A stretch of DNA of 63,352 nucleotides, filler included, from Gonapodya sp. JEL0774 (taxonomy: Eukaryota): the NCBI GenBank assembly GCA_027604505.1. It is 48 parts of 48 records of this genome, joined end to end, with 100 filler letters (N's around TTAATTAATTAA, not from the genome) between each part and the next. Parts side by side here need not be neighbours in the genome. Positions count along the whole stretch, not along the records: positions 25,236 to 26,457 come from JADIIX010003564.1; positions 26,558 to 27,779 come from JADIIX010003565.1; positions 27,880 to 29,101 come from JADIIX010003566.1; positions 29,202 to 30,423 come from JADIIX010003567.1; positions 30,524 to 31,744 come from JADIIX010003568.1; positions 31,845 to 33,065 come from JADIIX010003569.1; positions 33,166 to 34,385 come from JADIIX010003570.1; positions 34,486 to 35,705 come from JADIIX010003571.1; 40 more parts are not named here. One strand, 5' to 3'. Both the position numbers and the translations under genes were made by a program. The notes under the pieces are model-generated. The model saw only the letters and a list, made by a program, of their open reading frames with translations, had not been told where the DNA came from and did not search any database. Of this stretch, positions 25,345 through 38,708 are shown in pieces. Each line of letters begins with the position of its first letter. The first letter of the stretch is position 1.

Positions 25345-26457
25345 GTGCTTCACAACCAACACGCTCGTTCTCGTTCGGTCGGAGCAGCCTTGCATAGTGT
25401 CCAAACCCCCCAACCACGGCACGACACAAAGAACGGGGGAGAGGCAGAACGCACTTTGCCGTCGCCTCCGATTTCACCTCAACTCTCATCCACCTCCCAA
25501 ACCCAACGCCGTTACGAATCTCCTTCACCAATTAGCCTTGATCATAACATCACTTCACCTGGTATCCCCCGGGCACACTCTCTCACCATGCCTCAAACAT
25601 CACAAGCGAGGCCACCTCCTGTCCGGGAAACTCGCTCGGAAACCTTGAGCTACGACCCACCGCCACGCACTGCTCAAACTGGACCGCAAACCTTTCCACG
25701 AGGCAATGCACAAACTTACCTGGGGGATGATAATTCAGCTTCTTCTCTGAACCGCTCCGTTCAATCACCCGCAAGGGAGGACGGACGAAGATTTGTTCCT
25801 CCCGAAGGTCAAAGGCCCAGTTCCCCCCACACCACATCCCAGCCAGGAGCATCTACCCATACCGAGCCCACCGGGAAACCCTTGCCCCCAACACCAGTGT
25901 GGCCGAAGTGGCCCACACTGAAAGCTGACGATGCGGCAGAACCCACATCCCGTTACATTCAGGTTGTCGTGGCTGGAAATGTGTACCCCTTCCCGGTGGA
26001 GTTCAAGAACGAAAGAACATCGGCAGTGGAAGACCTGATGGGACCTCTTTCGAAAATTGAGTGGGCGGTACAGAGGGGTTGGGGTTTTAAGCGGGTGAGT
26101 GGATAGTGTCATGAATCTGCTCATATAGTGACGGAATCACTTTTATTTCCTTAAAACAAACCGGGAATTGTGCTCAGAGTCAAAAAGATCCTACAAACTT
26201 GTCCATCTCATATATTCCCAAGCCATCGGACTACCGGACATTGACAGCTGGAGGTTTTGGTTATGTCCAATTTGTGAGTCTTGATTAGATCGTGGGTTAT
26301 TTGTGGAAAACTGGCTGATTCACTCTCCCACGGCGCCGTTCCGTGCGCCCATCATCGTTCAGACCATCTTTTTCAATACACAGAACCTTTACCAAATCGC
26401 CAGCAAGAAGATGAAGGAGAAGCTCGACAGCTGCCAACCCAATATATTCTACCCGGA
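25345..26457 (+). CDS. Hypothetical protein (Pro/Ser-rich region followed by a folded segment)
   Basis: 253-aa ORF ending at a GTGAGT donor; further exons likely. Confidence 0.45.
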
Positions 26458-26557
26458 NNNNNNNNNNNNNNNNNNNNNNNNNNNNNNNNNNNNNNNNNNN
26501 NTTAATTAATTAANNNNNNNNNNNNNNNNNNNNNNNNNNNNNNNNNNNNNNNNNNNN

Positions 26558-27360
26558 TTTGCCGGCGCAGCTCCGTGTCAGACGTGTCTGCTGGAATAAG
26601 GCAGGATGAACTGGGCCCATACCTTGAACCACCGCGCCTCCCGAATGCCCGCACCTCGCAACTCCCTCCACACCCTTTCAATGTCTTTTCGCCCCTCATC
26701 TCCTGTGCATTGTCGGACATACACGCAGATAAGACGATCGCGATGGCTCCCATCGTTCGTCGCAACCTTTGAGGCCATTCCGAGCCGGTTCGCACCGGTA
26801 AGACGGACGATTATGGACCATATACGATCAACATCTTGGTGAGACGGGAAGAGAAGCCACTTGCCGGAAGAGATCCCATGGGAGTGGGCGATCTCGACAC
26901 TGGCGGTGTCAATATAATATGCCCGCGTGGCGAGGATGTGAGGAACCATGTGTGTTAAGCTTCGACAGGCAGCCGTGAAATTGTCCTTACAGTTCCACGA
27001 GGACAGCTTTCGCCACATTGCTGTGCGGACCATGTCGTTTCAAAAGCTCCTTCTTGTGTTCGAGGAGCGAGAGGCAGCTGGCAACCGCCAATTGCATGTC
27101 GCCCACTGTAGCGTTTGATTCCGGATCTCTCTCTGTGTGATAGTATATCCAGTGTCCTCTCGAAACATCGGCTTGATCCGGTTGGACAGCATGATGGTTT
27201 GCTATCACATGCCGACTGTCGATCAGAGTCATCTAGTTGTACGCTTACTCTTTGTAGGTCGCAGCCGCTCCAGAAATTCATCGATAGATTCACCAGGCTT
27301 TGGAGGCAGGAAGACGTTTTCGGGTGTTCCAGTCCTTGGATCGCCTTCGGGATGTGTCAT
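26558..27360 (-). CDS. DUF1917 / UPF0696 (C11orf68/Bles03-like) protein, 3' partial
   Basis: ESIDEFLERLRPT, SGKWLLF, DVDRIW, LGMASKV, LICVY, IERVWRELR. Confidence 0.85.
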
Positions 27361-27605
27361 GATTGCATGTGAACGACGACGAAAATAAAGTCAATCATAA
27401 TCTGGAAGCGCGCACTCTTTGTGCTACTCTTCTTACCGTACACATTTACTGAGACGCGATCTGGCTGACGCGATTGCATTCTCTGAAACATGTCAGGATC
27501 CAGTGGAGCGAGCACTTGACACCTACCATAATTTATTAAGAATCAGAACAATTGCAATTTTTTTTGCATTATATTATGTATATCTGTCTCCGATCGTGTG
27601 ACTAA

Positions 27606-27677
27606 TCTTCGGTAGTATAGTGGCCAGTATCTCCCCCTGTCACGGGGAAGACCCGGGTTCAATTCCCGGCCGAAGAG
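27606..27677 (+). tRNA. tRNA-Asp(GTC), intronless
   Basis: Acceptor stem TCTTCGG/CCGAAGA, anticodon arm TCCCC-CTGTCAC-GGGGA, T-loop GGTTCAATTCC, oligo-T terminator just downstream. Confidence 0.97.
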
Positions 27678-28406
27678 TGCATTTTTTAACCTTTTGACCA
27701 CCGGAATAAATGTATTTTAGTGGGTGGAATTGATTGGCGTTGATCCGGAGTCAATTCCGCTTGCTTCAATGTTGTTTTGNNNNNNNNNNNNNNNNNNNNN
27801 NNNNNNNNNNNNNNNNNNNNNNNTTAATTAATTAANNNNNNNNNNNNNNNNNNNNNNNNNNNNNNNNNNNNNNNNNNNNGGTGTCCTTTCCGGAATTAAC
27901 ATGGACTCATGGCCCAGGATTCCAGGAATCAGCAGCGCCAATTCACCATCCTCCCTTACGAGTCTCACGTTTCAAGTTCCTCCAAAACGAAGAAACGAAT
28001 CGAAATAGGACATTTTCGGAGGGGAGCACAGCCCGATTCGAAACGTTTCCTGCGATCGAACTTGGATGAGACAGGAGAAATTGTCGAACGGTTAGGGAAG
28101 TCAGATCTTACTACCTAAGTAATCGTGTGTACCGAAGACAAGTCGTCGAAATGTATGAGAGTTCTTGAGCTGTATTCAGCAAGGGCGGATAGAGATGACG
28201 AGCTCGAGCTGAAGAGGGCGATGAAGCATTACGCACGGGCTCCGTGATAAATTTTCGCGAGAGTTCTAACAGATATTGATGGAGCGACATCTGCGAAGGG
28301 GAAAGGATTACGGAAGTGGCAAAGGATTGGGAGTTCAGCCGTGCAAAATAAAGCATAGTGGAGAGCGGTGTCATACCCACACTGGAAACTCATAAGACTC
28401 ACATAT

Positions 28407-29101
28407 ATGTCTTTCTTTGACGCGCATGACCTTGAACGAGGGCGTGACTCAGCTGATGATGAGAGGGTCTTTCGACTTGCTACCGACTCCATTTCTCGTT
28501 CGATTTTCACACTCGCAAGCAACACTGCCCAGATCCAACGGTTAACTGCTTCGCTTGGAACTGCGAAGGATAACTCAGCACTGAGAACAAAACTGTTGAG
28601 TGTCACTGGCTTGCTGGCGGTCTTAGCACAGAGAGAAACTCAAATTTTTACGGCCAAATCTCCTGAACAAGACACTCGCTTACCGATGATACCCGACAAT
28701 TGATTAAGCAAACGGTGGTAGATATCAAGAAGCTTTCGGTGCCTGGAAGCTCGTCTGTCGAAAGTGTGAGAGAACCCTTCATTTTTTGCACTGTACATAT
28801 CCGCATATCAGTGAGGTCACCTCCTCTCCGGTTAGAAACAAAGGCTTAATGCGCAGTCAAAGCTGGGGAAGGACATGGAGGATGTATTGAAACGGTTCCA
28901 GGCTGTGTCCAGGGTCGTAGCGGAAAGCGAGCGGACACTGTTGGAGCAAGCCCGAATTCAGTGAGCTTACATGCATTCACATTCTCTGGGCTCCGGTAAC
29001 TTCCCTCCAAGCACAGGGATGAAGACGATGATGACTCAAACGTTCCACTGATGGGCAAGCAGTACGGCGGGTGCGCTTTACGATCCATTTTGGTAACGAA
29101 G
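28407..29101 (+). CDS. Endosomal/vacuolar Qa syntaxin (Pep12/Vam3/STX7-12-like), N-terminal Habc region
   Basis: SRSIFTLASNTAQIQRLTASLGTAKDNSALRTKL, SKLGKDMEDVLKRFQAV. Confidence 0.88.
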
Positions 29102-29201
29102 NNNNNNNNNNNNNNNNNNNNNNNNNNNNNNNNNNNNNNNNNNNNTTAATTAATTAANNNNNNNNNNNNNNNNNNNNNNNNNNNNNNNNNNNNNNNNNNN
29201 N

Positions 29202-30230
29202 CCCCCGCTACTCACCCTCATCCCCTCCACCTCGCCCACCACCCTATTCCTCTCTCGTTCCCACAGGGCCGCGACGAGAGTCTCTGGATCGGGAAGAACT
29301 CGGTCGGGGAGGGAGGGAGGTGGCGGGTCTCGGGGGAGTTGTGGAGGTGGAGGTGGTGGGGACGGTGGCGGTGGTGGAGCTGCGGGTACAATCACCCGAC
29401 CTAGCGCCATGGCGTCAACCTTATCCGCCATCACGGCGATCATGTCCGCCACCTTATCCAGCCTCGTGTCCTGCTGCCGTATCTCTGATTGCGGTTGCTG
29501 TTGTGGTGCCGGTGCGGGTACCGGTGGTGGTGGTGGAGCGGTAGCCTCGGGGTGGCGACGGTCCACGTGTGAGGCGAGGAAGGCGTGGGTGGTAAAGACT
29601 TTGGCGCAGTGGGGGCAGCGCTGGGTGGGCGGGGGGGAAAGGTAAGTGGTAACGAACCCGGTGAGCGGGTAGAACGAACCACACGATTAGCACGCCTCCC
29701 TCTTCCCTCCCAACCTTCCCCGTCGTTCGTAACCCACCCAGTACTCCGCCGCCCCACCTGCCCCGTTCCCCCTCCCCATCGCACCAACACCGGGAACTTT
29801 GGCGACCATCTGGTACGCGAAGATGGCCTTCTTGAGCGACTTGGATTCGGCGCGGAGGGTGGTGAGGTGGTTGGTCTGGTGGTTGGTGGTTGGGGTTTGC
29901 GAGGGGGGAAGGGGAAAGGGTAAGGAGTAGTGAGATGAAGAGCGAGGACGGAAGGAATGGCGGGCGGAGGAGGGGGGAGGGGAAAAGGGTGCAAAGAGGT
30001 GGACGAGTGGCTCGGGTCGGACGGGTCGCATGCCTCACACCCTCGTACGACGCGTTCCCATCTCCCGATCCCCACCCGATATCCCCCCATACCCCACCAA
30101 CCCACACCCCCCGCGCCCACCCACAACTCACCGCCTCTGCTAGTTTCTCCTCCCCAGCCACGTTCTGCGCCGTGAGGTGGGATATTTGGGACGCGAGGGA
30201 GGTTTTTTGGGTGAGGAGGTGGTCCTGGGC
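29202..30230 (-). CDS. DZIP1: DZIP1/Iguana-like cilium assembly zinc-finger protein, internal fragment
   Basis: QDHLL...coiled coil...LRAESKSLKKAIFAYQM, then CPHCAKVFTTHAFLASHVDRRH; this order matches Dzip-like N domain + C2H2. Confidence 0.8.
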
Positions 30231-30523
30231 GTCCGGTGAAGGAGGGGTGGGAGGGTGGAGGAGGGACGGGAGAGGGAGGAAAAGGGTGTGGGTGCGAGCA
30301 GAAGGGAGTGAAGATAGGAGGTACGGTGAGCCGATGGGACTTGGTGATCTCGGAAGATGGAATATCGCCCCCCACCACCACCACACATTACCCGCGACCG
30401 GCACCTCCAACACCGTGTCTTCCNNNNNNNNNNNNNNNNNNNNNNNNNNNNNNNNNNNNNNNNNNNNTTAATTAATTAANNNNNNNNNNNNNNNNNNNNN
30501 NNNNNNNNNNNNNNNNNNNNNNN

Positions 30524-31001
30524 GGTGCCGCCGCCCGTAATCTCGGATTCTCCTTTGATGAGTGGTGGATGGCGACAAGTACGTATTGTGGGACTTTTCA
30601 CCACGTTCACTCCAATTTCGGGATGTCTCATCGCTTTGCCAACAACGATTCCCTGGCCCACCGGGCGATCGGAATGCTCGGTACCTCTCCCAGCTCACCT
30701 TCAAATCCACCTTGTCCGCGCTCCGAATGCCGCCACCTCTGTTTCTCCCAACTCGTCGTGGCTCCTCACCCGCGCTACATCCTACCTCGTAAACCCAACC
30801 GCTGCCAATATGCCCCTTCAAACTTCCACCACCGCCACCATTGCATCTTCGGAAGAAGCTTCGGGTAGATCCGAGCCCCTCAGGTTAATATCGGAGTGCT
30901 CCGTATTCGATAGTGAAGGAAACTTGGTTGCGGTAGGGAGGCAGGGTCAGGTTGTAGTCGCGGCGCGGAAGCAGAAAAGTGGTGGAATGGCTAAATTGTG
31001 A
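30524..31001 (+). CDS. HotDog-fold thioesterase-like protein, 3' end
   Basis: Spliced WMATTHLQIHLVRAP, WLLTRA, SECSVFDSEGNLVAVGRQ. Confidence 0.65.
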
Positions 31002-31908
31002 TCTTTTTGAGTTCGGGGCAAGTGATGAGATGAGTTTTGGCCTGGATCGTGCAGTGAAAGACCAGAATTTATACATAGAAAGTGATCGATACTAGTACCA
31101 CCACAGGTGCAAGGAGCGGAGTATCTACATGTAACATCCCGTGTTCTTGCAAAATGATTTTGTCTTGGGAACGCAGAAATGGTTACCTGATCAACTTGCA
31201 AGTTGTACAGGTGTGAGTTCGGCATGCAACAGTACAAAATTTATTGTCCACAAACACAAACATGTCCGAGCTCTCGCCTCTCCAAGAGCGCGTCTACACT
31301 TCCATCGCTGCCCAAACACCGACGAGTGAAAATGCCTCTGGGGCCCCCGCCATTTGTTGGAACAACACACGATGAGTCAGTGAACCAAGAGATCCATGAG
31401 GGAGGCAAGGCTGAAGAAGAGAGTAGGCTCAAGAAAAAATGCGCAGTCTGTAGGGATCGCATGGAAGTGAGTGCATGAGTTTGGTGTTTCGGTTTACGGT
31501 AACTTACAATTGGATGACGTCATGATTTACCATCGTGAATTGCGACGAACCCTCTAGGAGACTGCTTTCTCATCCATTCCAACCACTTTAAAATGCGAGG
31601 TGGGTCCAGTATCAACGTGCGGCTTCAGGATATAATTTCCCGAACAAACGATGTTGTTTTGCGTAGCACCCAAGGAAGTCTCGAGTGCATGGACAATCAC
31701 ATTGCGAGTAGAGTAAACGGCAAGAATTCAAGTATTGTGATCAANNNNNNNNNNNNNNNNNNNNNNNNNNNNNNNNNNNNNNNNNNNNTTAATTAATTAA
31801 NNNNNNNNNNNNNNNNNNNNNNNNNNNNNNNNNNNNNNNNNNNNTGGAATCTCATGGGTTTCGTTGGTGGTTGGTTTGAATGTCACTCGCAAAACTGGAC
31901 GGATGTAG

Positions 31909-33015
31909 GCCTCATATTCTCAACGCGAATCATTGACACTCGATCGGAATGGCGAACGTTTTCTAATGACGAGGGAGGAGACGATCCCAGCCGTGTTGGT
32001 GAGTGCGGGTTTCGAAAGGAAGAGCTCCCACTCCAGCTGTCACTATACTCGCAATACCTCACTGCTTCCACACCATCCGAACTGCAGGTGGTCCCGCCGA
32101 CCCCATCCTAGGCGGCGAGCGTCTCGAATCCACCGGCATCGGCACCCTGGACGGTCCCATGGGTAAAGGTTCCAAATTGGCCAAGGCCCAGAACGCCATC
32201 TCCCGTCTGGGCAGCAACATCAAGGAACATTTCCGAGATATTGAAACCATATGCGAAAGACTCGGTATGCCCAGAGTCGTCTCGGATACGGCCAAGATGT
32301 TCTTCAGGAAGGTGGAGGAGGAGAAGTTGGCAAGGGGTAGATCGCCCGATGCGATAAAGGGGGCGTGTATATACATTGCGAGTTCGCAGAATAAGCAGGC
32401 GAGGTCCTTTAAGGAGATCGTGGCGGCCACCAATGTTCCCAAGAAGGAGCTTGGGAAGGTGAGTACCGATGTGTCCATCTCACTTGCTGACCCACGAACT
32501 CTTGAACTGTCACAATGTCCTTCATCCCGTATAGGTATACAAAATGATTCAAAAACACCTCATCGAAGCCTCCACCTCTGCCGAGCCCCAAGGCCCCGAC
32601 TTCAAGACGCTGATCGAACGCGTGTGCAAGCAGCTCAGCCTGGAATTCAAATTCACCCAACACGCCAACAAGCTGGTCCAAAAGGTGCGAGAGAATGGTT
32701 TACTTGAAGGACGACAGTGGACCACCATCGTTGCCGCGTGTATCTACGCGGTCAGTAACATGTCCTCGGTGGAGGCCAACAGGAAGTCGGCTTCGGAGAT
32801 TGCGCTGGTGAGTGACAAGACACAGCGAAGGCGCCACTCTGATGTTTGCGTGCGCTGACTCACTGTTCTGCCTCGGTGTTCTTTATGTGTAGCTCTGCGG
32901 GTGCACGGACACGACACTTCGGAGTGCGTACAAGCAAATCTACGACGAACGAGATGTACTCATGCCAGCTGAGGAGTACGTCAACGTTGGCGATGTGCGA
33001 ACATTGATGGCATGA
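31909..33015 (+). CDS. SUA7: Transcription initiation factor TFIIB, 5' partial
   Basis: [19 protein letters not shown], two cyclin repeats (ACIYIA, RSFKEI, KKELGK). Confidence 0.97.
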
Positions 33016-33165
33016 CCGTACTACTAGAAAGCGGCGGTGGTAATGTCCTCGCCTCCATGTGCTGCNNNNNNNNNNNNNNNNNNNNNNNNNNNNNNNNNNN
33101 NNNNNNNNNTTAATTAATTAANNNNNNNNNNNNNNNNNNNNNNNNNNNNNNNNNNNNNNNNNNNN

Positions 33166-33909
33166 CATGAAAATACGAGTGTTCGGTCTTGGAGCTCAAC
33201 ATATCCACAAATCGCACTTTGTTCCACTGCCTCCATCCCCTGAGGACTCAACACACCTGAGCATGAAGAAAATGCATAATTGGTTCCGCTAAAGTCCATT
33301 GCGCCGACGGATAAACGAAGCTCTCACCAACTGCTCCCGCTAGTGCAAAAGCAACAAACCGAGGTGTTCCCTCAAATGGTGCCCACGTATAAACCAGGCC
33401 CCCCAATACCATGAGTAGCGCCTCGAATGTGAGAACGTTCTTCCTTCCGATTCTATCAGTGAACCACGTGACAAAGAGTGAGAAAGTGGAGTGCCCCTAT
33501 TATGGCGTCCACATCGAAACGTCAGTGCATGTCAAGTTCTATCCATGTGAGGTGTGGAAAACAAGAAACAACTCGAGAATCCACTCACTGCCTTTGATAG
33601 TGTTAGGAGTAACCCAATAAGCCCGTCATTGAAACCCAACTCCGAGAGGTACAGAGCAAGAGGAACGGAAATCAAACCAGACGCGAAAGCTCGTAGGCAT
33701 CTCGAGAAAACGAGAATCGAAGCATCACGGGGAAGATTGAGCATCGTTGTCAGTCCAATCACACGTGGAATGGACCAGATGGACCATGTTTGTCCCGACA
33801 AGTTCGGCTTTCGAGTGTTTGTTTCCAGCCGAATGGCGCCAGGACCGGGAGACTCCATGATCAAAGTATCATCGTCCCAGTGCGAATCAGCTGGATCAAG
33901 TCTCGGCAT
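33166..33909 (-). CDS. MFS transporter, N-terminal part
   Basis: SRCLRAFASGLISVPLALYLSELGF, motif A FTDRIGRKNVL. Confidence 0.88.
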
Positions 33910-34485
33910 TAAAGTGAATTTGGGTTTGGAATGTTGACGCGGGGATGCTCAAGGTGGGTTCCGTGATCTTGCCGCACCCCTCTCAGCACACCCGCGCACG
34001 CGTACACGGCTTCACCGTCCTTGAAGAATTTGTCCATCATCGATTCTGCGACTCAAGCATGATACCCGCACACATGTATGTATTAAAAAACTGCGAGATA
34101 AGTCAGGGAAGTGGACTTAGAAAGAACTGCCTATTTAAATGGTCGCCCATAAGGGACGTAGCGGAGGTATTTGTGAAAAAGTGTGGGGGATACATGAAAC
34201 CCTCCAAAGGAGTCATCAAGTCCGTACGTGTTCGTCTAGCGTGTCCGTTGCCAGCCACGAACATCGCGAATGTGCGAAGAATCGTGGGAAGTACGTCGAC
34301 CATGCAGATCAGATAATGCTCGCGTGATCAGCCTTCCCAAGGTCTGTGCTGGCTGCCGACACAGATCAAAAGTCCCAAGAAACTCNNNNNNNNNNNNNNN
34401 NNNNNNNNNNNNNNNNNNNNNNNNNNNNNTTAATTAATTAANNNNNNNNNNNNNNNNNNNNNNNNNNNNNNNNNNNNNNNNNNNN

Positions 34486-35705
34486 GTCGATGGCACGCTT
34501 CCACTCGGGAATATCCTTTTGCGGATCAATACTGAACCCCTTGAGATCCTGCGCGAATGTTCGTTCCCCGGCGTCGGGCATGGGATCCACCCACGGCTGG
34601 TTCAAGTCCCTGGGAACGTCCATCTCAGCCTCGGCTTGTTGGGACTTGAGTTCTCTCCGGTCCTTGGCAAGAGCGGCTCCCTGAATTGCAGCTCGATTGA
34701 GCGTGCCGTCCGGGTTCTTGACGATTTTGACTGGACTCAGTTGCACAGCACCCCGAGCTTGACCAGCCAAGAAGGCCGGCTCATCGTCTCGGATCTCGAT
34801 ATCCAGCTCCTCTTCCTTCTCTTCGTAGTTCAGAACACCACTTTCCTCGTCGTCAATATCCGGGTAATCCGCTGGATTCAGCACACCGGACGCGATGAGT
34901 TGCTTGATCTCGAAGCGCTCCGGACTGGATATCCGTTTCCGTCTTACAGGTGCAGCCTGACCCCCTTCTTCACCAAGACCGAGTGTGGACCCAGAGCGCT
35001 GCTTTGCACGTTCGCGGCGCATGCGATCCTCTTCGGCGAGTTCCTCAGGCGTGCGCACGCGTAGGTTGGGGGTCAGGTCACGGCCGGTGGATTGGTCGAC
35101 GTCTTTCATGGAAAGAGAGAGGCGGGAGCCAGCGACAGAGAGAACCTAGCAGTAGCAATGATCGTGAGTCCATGAAAATGGATCTCGCACCCACTCATGG
35201 CTGCCTCAGAAATCATCCAGCTTACCTTGACGTAGACTTGCTGTCCCCTGCTCACCACATCCTGCGGGTTTGTAATCCTACTGCTGCTAATCGAGCTGAC
35301 GTGAACCATACCCTCCCACCTCTTGCCACCTTGCTGCGGGCGAACATTGTCCAGGGTAACAAAGCACCCAAAATCCCTCATATTGGAAATCTTTCCTGTG
35401 TAGATTTTGTATAGCTGTGGTGAGGCGTCGATTCCGTGATTATGGTGATTGGACGGGGGGTTTCGGTGGGAAGAGGAAGAAGAGTCCCACCTATCCCGGT
35501 CCGAGTCGCGGCCGCGACCCCGCGAGTCTCGTGCGCCATCACGAGATTCTCGCTCGCGGTCTCTGCGCGCATCCCGCTCGTCTGCCTCTCGCCGGGCGGA
35601 GGCGATCATGCTCTCAATCGAGGAGTCAGCATCTGTGCTTCGGCCCGGTGCGGCAAAGTCCTCCTCTGAGAGTGCGGGAGCTGGTTCAGAGTCAGGTTTG
35701 GAGAG
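34486..35705 (-). CDS. PRP22: Prp22/DHX8 DEAH splicing helicase, N-terminal RS + S1 region
   Basis: S1 domain YTGKISNMRDFGCFV...EGMVHVS; MKDVDQSTGRDL; SSPERFEIKQLIASG; LSPVKIVKNPDG. Confidence 0.97.
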
Positions 35706-35805
35706 NNNNNNNNNNNNNNNNNNNNNNNNNNNNNNNNNNNNNNNNNNNNTTAATTAATTAANNNNNNNNNNNNNNNNNNNNNNNNNNNNNNNNNNNNNNN
35801 NNNNN

Positions 35806-36208
35806 CGCTGGAAAGCAATTTTTGATGCTTACATTGGTCCCGGTGCTTTGAATCAACTCAACGTTTCTTTTGTGGTTGCTGACGCTGTCCGGAAGAAAAT
35901 GCTTCACGAACATTCGATCACTATTGACTTGCTAGATGAGTGCAGAGAAGAAACCCTTGAGTGAGTGCGGTTGAGCGCTCCATCATGGAGACACACTCAG
36001 ATGAACTCTTGCATGTGCCTGGATTAGCTTACTATACAACAATACGTTTCAGAGTGAGTTTGCGTTGTACCAAGCTTACACGTCAATGCAGAATCCGACA
36101 TAATAACAACGTTACTTCTATTTAGAGTTTCTGCGCACAGATCCGCAGTCGCTCGCCAGTGTTCAAGCACCTCGCCTGTCCGTGAAGTCCTCTGCTCCGT
36201 ATTTATAG
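35806..36208 (+). CDS. C-terminal RGS domain protein, 3' end, 2 introns
   Basis: IFDAYIGPGALNQLNVS...LLDECREE...LLYNNTFQ.FL. Confidence 0.7.
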
Positions 36209-37618
36209 TGCACGGTGTATATTTGAGGAGTTTAGAGCCATTTTGCTTGCCAAAGAGTTCCTTGGTGGAATGCTCAAACGTTTACATATCGCGCTCAGAT
36301 TATATGTGAATTCTTAGGGGATACCCACACATTACAACCTCATGGTGTGTACATTTTCTAGGATAATATGACTCCAGAACACGTTAATAGCACGTTGTTG
36401 CCGATAGCATTGATAACGAGACACTTGCACATCATGACTAGTTATCGAAGGTAATGACAGCAAGGAATCGAATTTTGTTTGACTAAAGAAGCAGTATTTG
36501 TCGGTTGGCCGCGCGTCTGTGTGACGTAAACCATTGAAAACTGTCACCGGCACACATGAGCGGTGCTGATTTCGCGGGATCAATTCTGTTGGTCATGATT
36601 GCCACCGTATTGTCGGGTATGGTTTCATATTCTGCGTCTCCGCCGTCCGCCTGAATGTAAAGAGTACCAGTTCATCCGAGAGTCAGTTGGTACGTAAGCG
36701 GTCTGCCTCACAGCTTAGTAGTAAACATTATTCCATATCGCTTCGTAAAACCACAAGTTTGTAATCGATCCTGGGCCGCCTCACCACTGATTCGATCACC
36801 TCCCATGAAGTTCAAGGTAGACAGCAAAAAGAAGCGCGCCTGCAGTGTTATGTTGTGCTCAATGTGAAGAGACGATACGACGGAGCAAAGTATTATGACA
36901 TAAGTTGTTCGTCAAGGCATGACAAAACAATCAACTTTGCGGTGATGAAAGGTGCCCTTGGCGTGGTGCAGCACTGCAGAGGAGGGTAAGAAAGGAAATA
37001 AACTTTTGAGGGGTCGGGAAACCTGNNNNNNNNNNNNNNNNNNNNNNNNNNNNNNNNNNNNNNNNNNNNTTAATTAATTAANNNNNNNNNNNNNNNNNNN
37101 NNNNNNNNNNNNNNNNNNNNNNNNNTCCAACTGTTGCAGTTGATTCGAGTTGCTTCTTCGCATATCCCCGGAGTTTCTAGAGGAACCTTCCCAATCATGA
37201 TCTCCGTCACTTTCCTATATTAGCAAAAAGCGCTTCTTGTTGGTGGTGGTGGTTTCGAGCGGCTAGGTTGCCCCATCGTTGTTGCGCGACCTCACCATAT
37301 AGAACGCGCTTTGTATAACGTTCCGCGACTGAAGCCTTGAACTTGTACTCGACAAGGGTAGAGTCGTTGCAGATGCTGAAACGGACCCCATCTCCTTTCA
37401 GCTCACTTAGTATTTTCATGACTTTGTCGACATATCTTCATTGCACAACAGTCACTCTTGTCACCTGTCCGCTTCAAGCATGCCCTATGTCAGAACATAT
37501 CCGATTCTTCCCACTATTAATGTTCACTCGTGAAAGTGGGCACAAGAGTCAATAAACAGCTTCGAACATCTTTGCCGCTAACTGCTCATTCGAGTTACGC
37601 TCATAACGTCAATCCGAA

Positions 37619-38344
37619 ATGTTGGCTCTACGCACATCTACTAATAATTTTCATCGTTACCTTCGACATTTCATGGACACAATGAGAGGAATGGGTGTGG
37701 CACAGGTGTGGCACAGAGCAGATGCTCCCTTCCCAAGCATCCGTCCCCTTTCAGAGGTCAGAGCTCCACGCTCTCCCGCATTCCGCATGGCTAAAACCAA
37801 TCGCCTTTCCACTACGATTCTCAAATCAATCGACCATCACCATTCAGATTCCCTAGATTCGCTCGATAAAGCCTTGGAGCAACTCAATGACGCCCTCCAC
37901 CTGAAATCCAAAAGACAACCTAGTCGTGGAAGGGGAAGGCGCAACTCGGGCGCGGAGTACTCTCTTGAAGCAGAGGAAACGGGAAACTCGACGTTTGTGG
38001 ACCACGGATCCTCGTTGCGACAGACTGGCGCTACAGGACCCGCCTGGGAAACGGTTTCCGATAATCCGAGTTCTGCACCAGGGGGTGGAGCTCGTCAGCA
38101 ACATCGACCAACCAGCATTTCTCCCGACGCTTCGCATTTGAGTCTTCACGGGAATGGGTCGTGGATGGGTGTCAGCGACATCTCGGGCGATCAAGAGCAA
38201 CTTGTAGGAACAGACCACCATAGCCCGATTCAACAAGATGAGGACATCAACATTGCTGCTGACTCGGAAAGAACGTGGGATAGCTCTGTTGTAGTTCCAG
38301 GAACGGGTGTCTTCTCGACAGAGCGCGTGACGGAAAGAGTGACT
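37619..38344 (+). CDS. Hypothetical low-complexity protein, 3' partial
   Basis: Long ORF reaching the contig edge. Confidence 0.45.
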
Positions 38345-38708
38345 NNNNNNNNNNNNNNNNNNNNNNNNNNNNNNNNNNNNNNNNNNNNTTAATTAATTAA
38401 NNNNNNNNNNNNNNNNNNNNNNNNNNNNNNNNNNNNNNNNNNNNGGGCCGATTGAGGGAACGCGAGAACCAGGTGCCGATCCATCTGAAATTATGATGTC
38501 CTTTGTCCTTCTTCCTGTCCATTCCGGGTCTTTGTTTCACAGTTGGAGTCTGTCACGTGAGGAACCGCTAGATGATCTGCGAAGTGCACCGGCCGAGTGC
38601 CACTAATCCTCCATTTGCACTTTCGAATCGCATCTAATTCTCCAAGGCTCATCAATCGCTTCTTTTCAATTATCGTTTCTGAACCCCATCTCTAAAGAGT
38701 CACTCGCC

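Noticed and set aside
27724..27760. 12-bp imperfect hairpin downstream of tRNA-Asp
   Set aside because: Contains G-T pairs, single occurrence, at the contig edge; no supportable function
29440..30471. Several long overlapping ORFs on both strands
   Set aside because: Stop-poor GC-rich low-complexity DNA around the spliced DZIP1 gene
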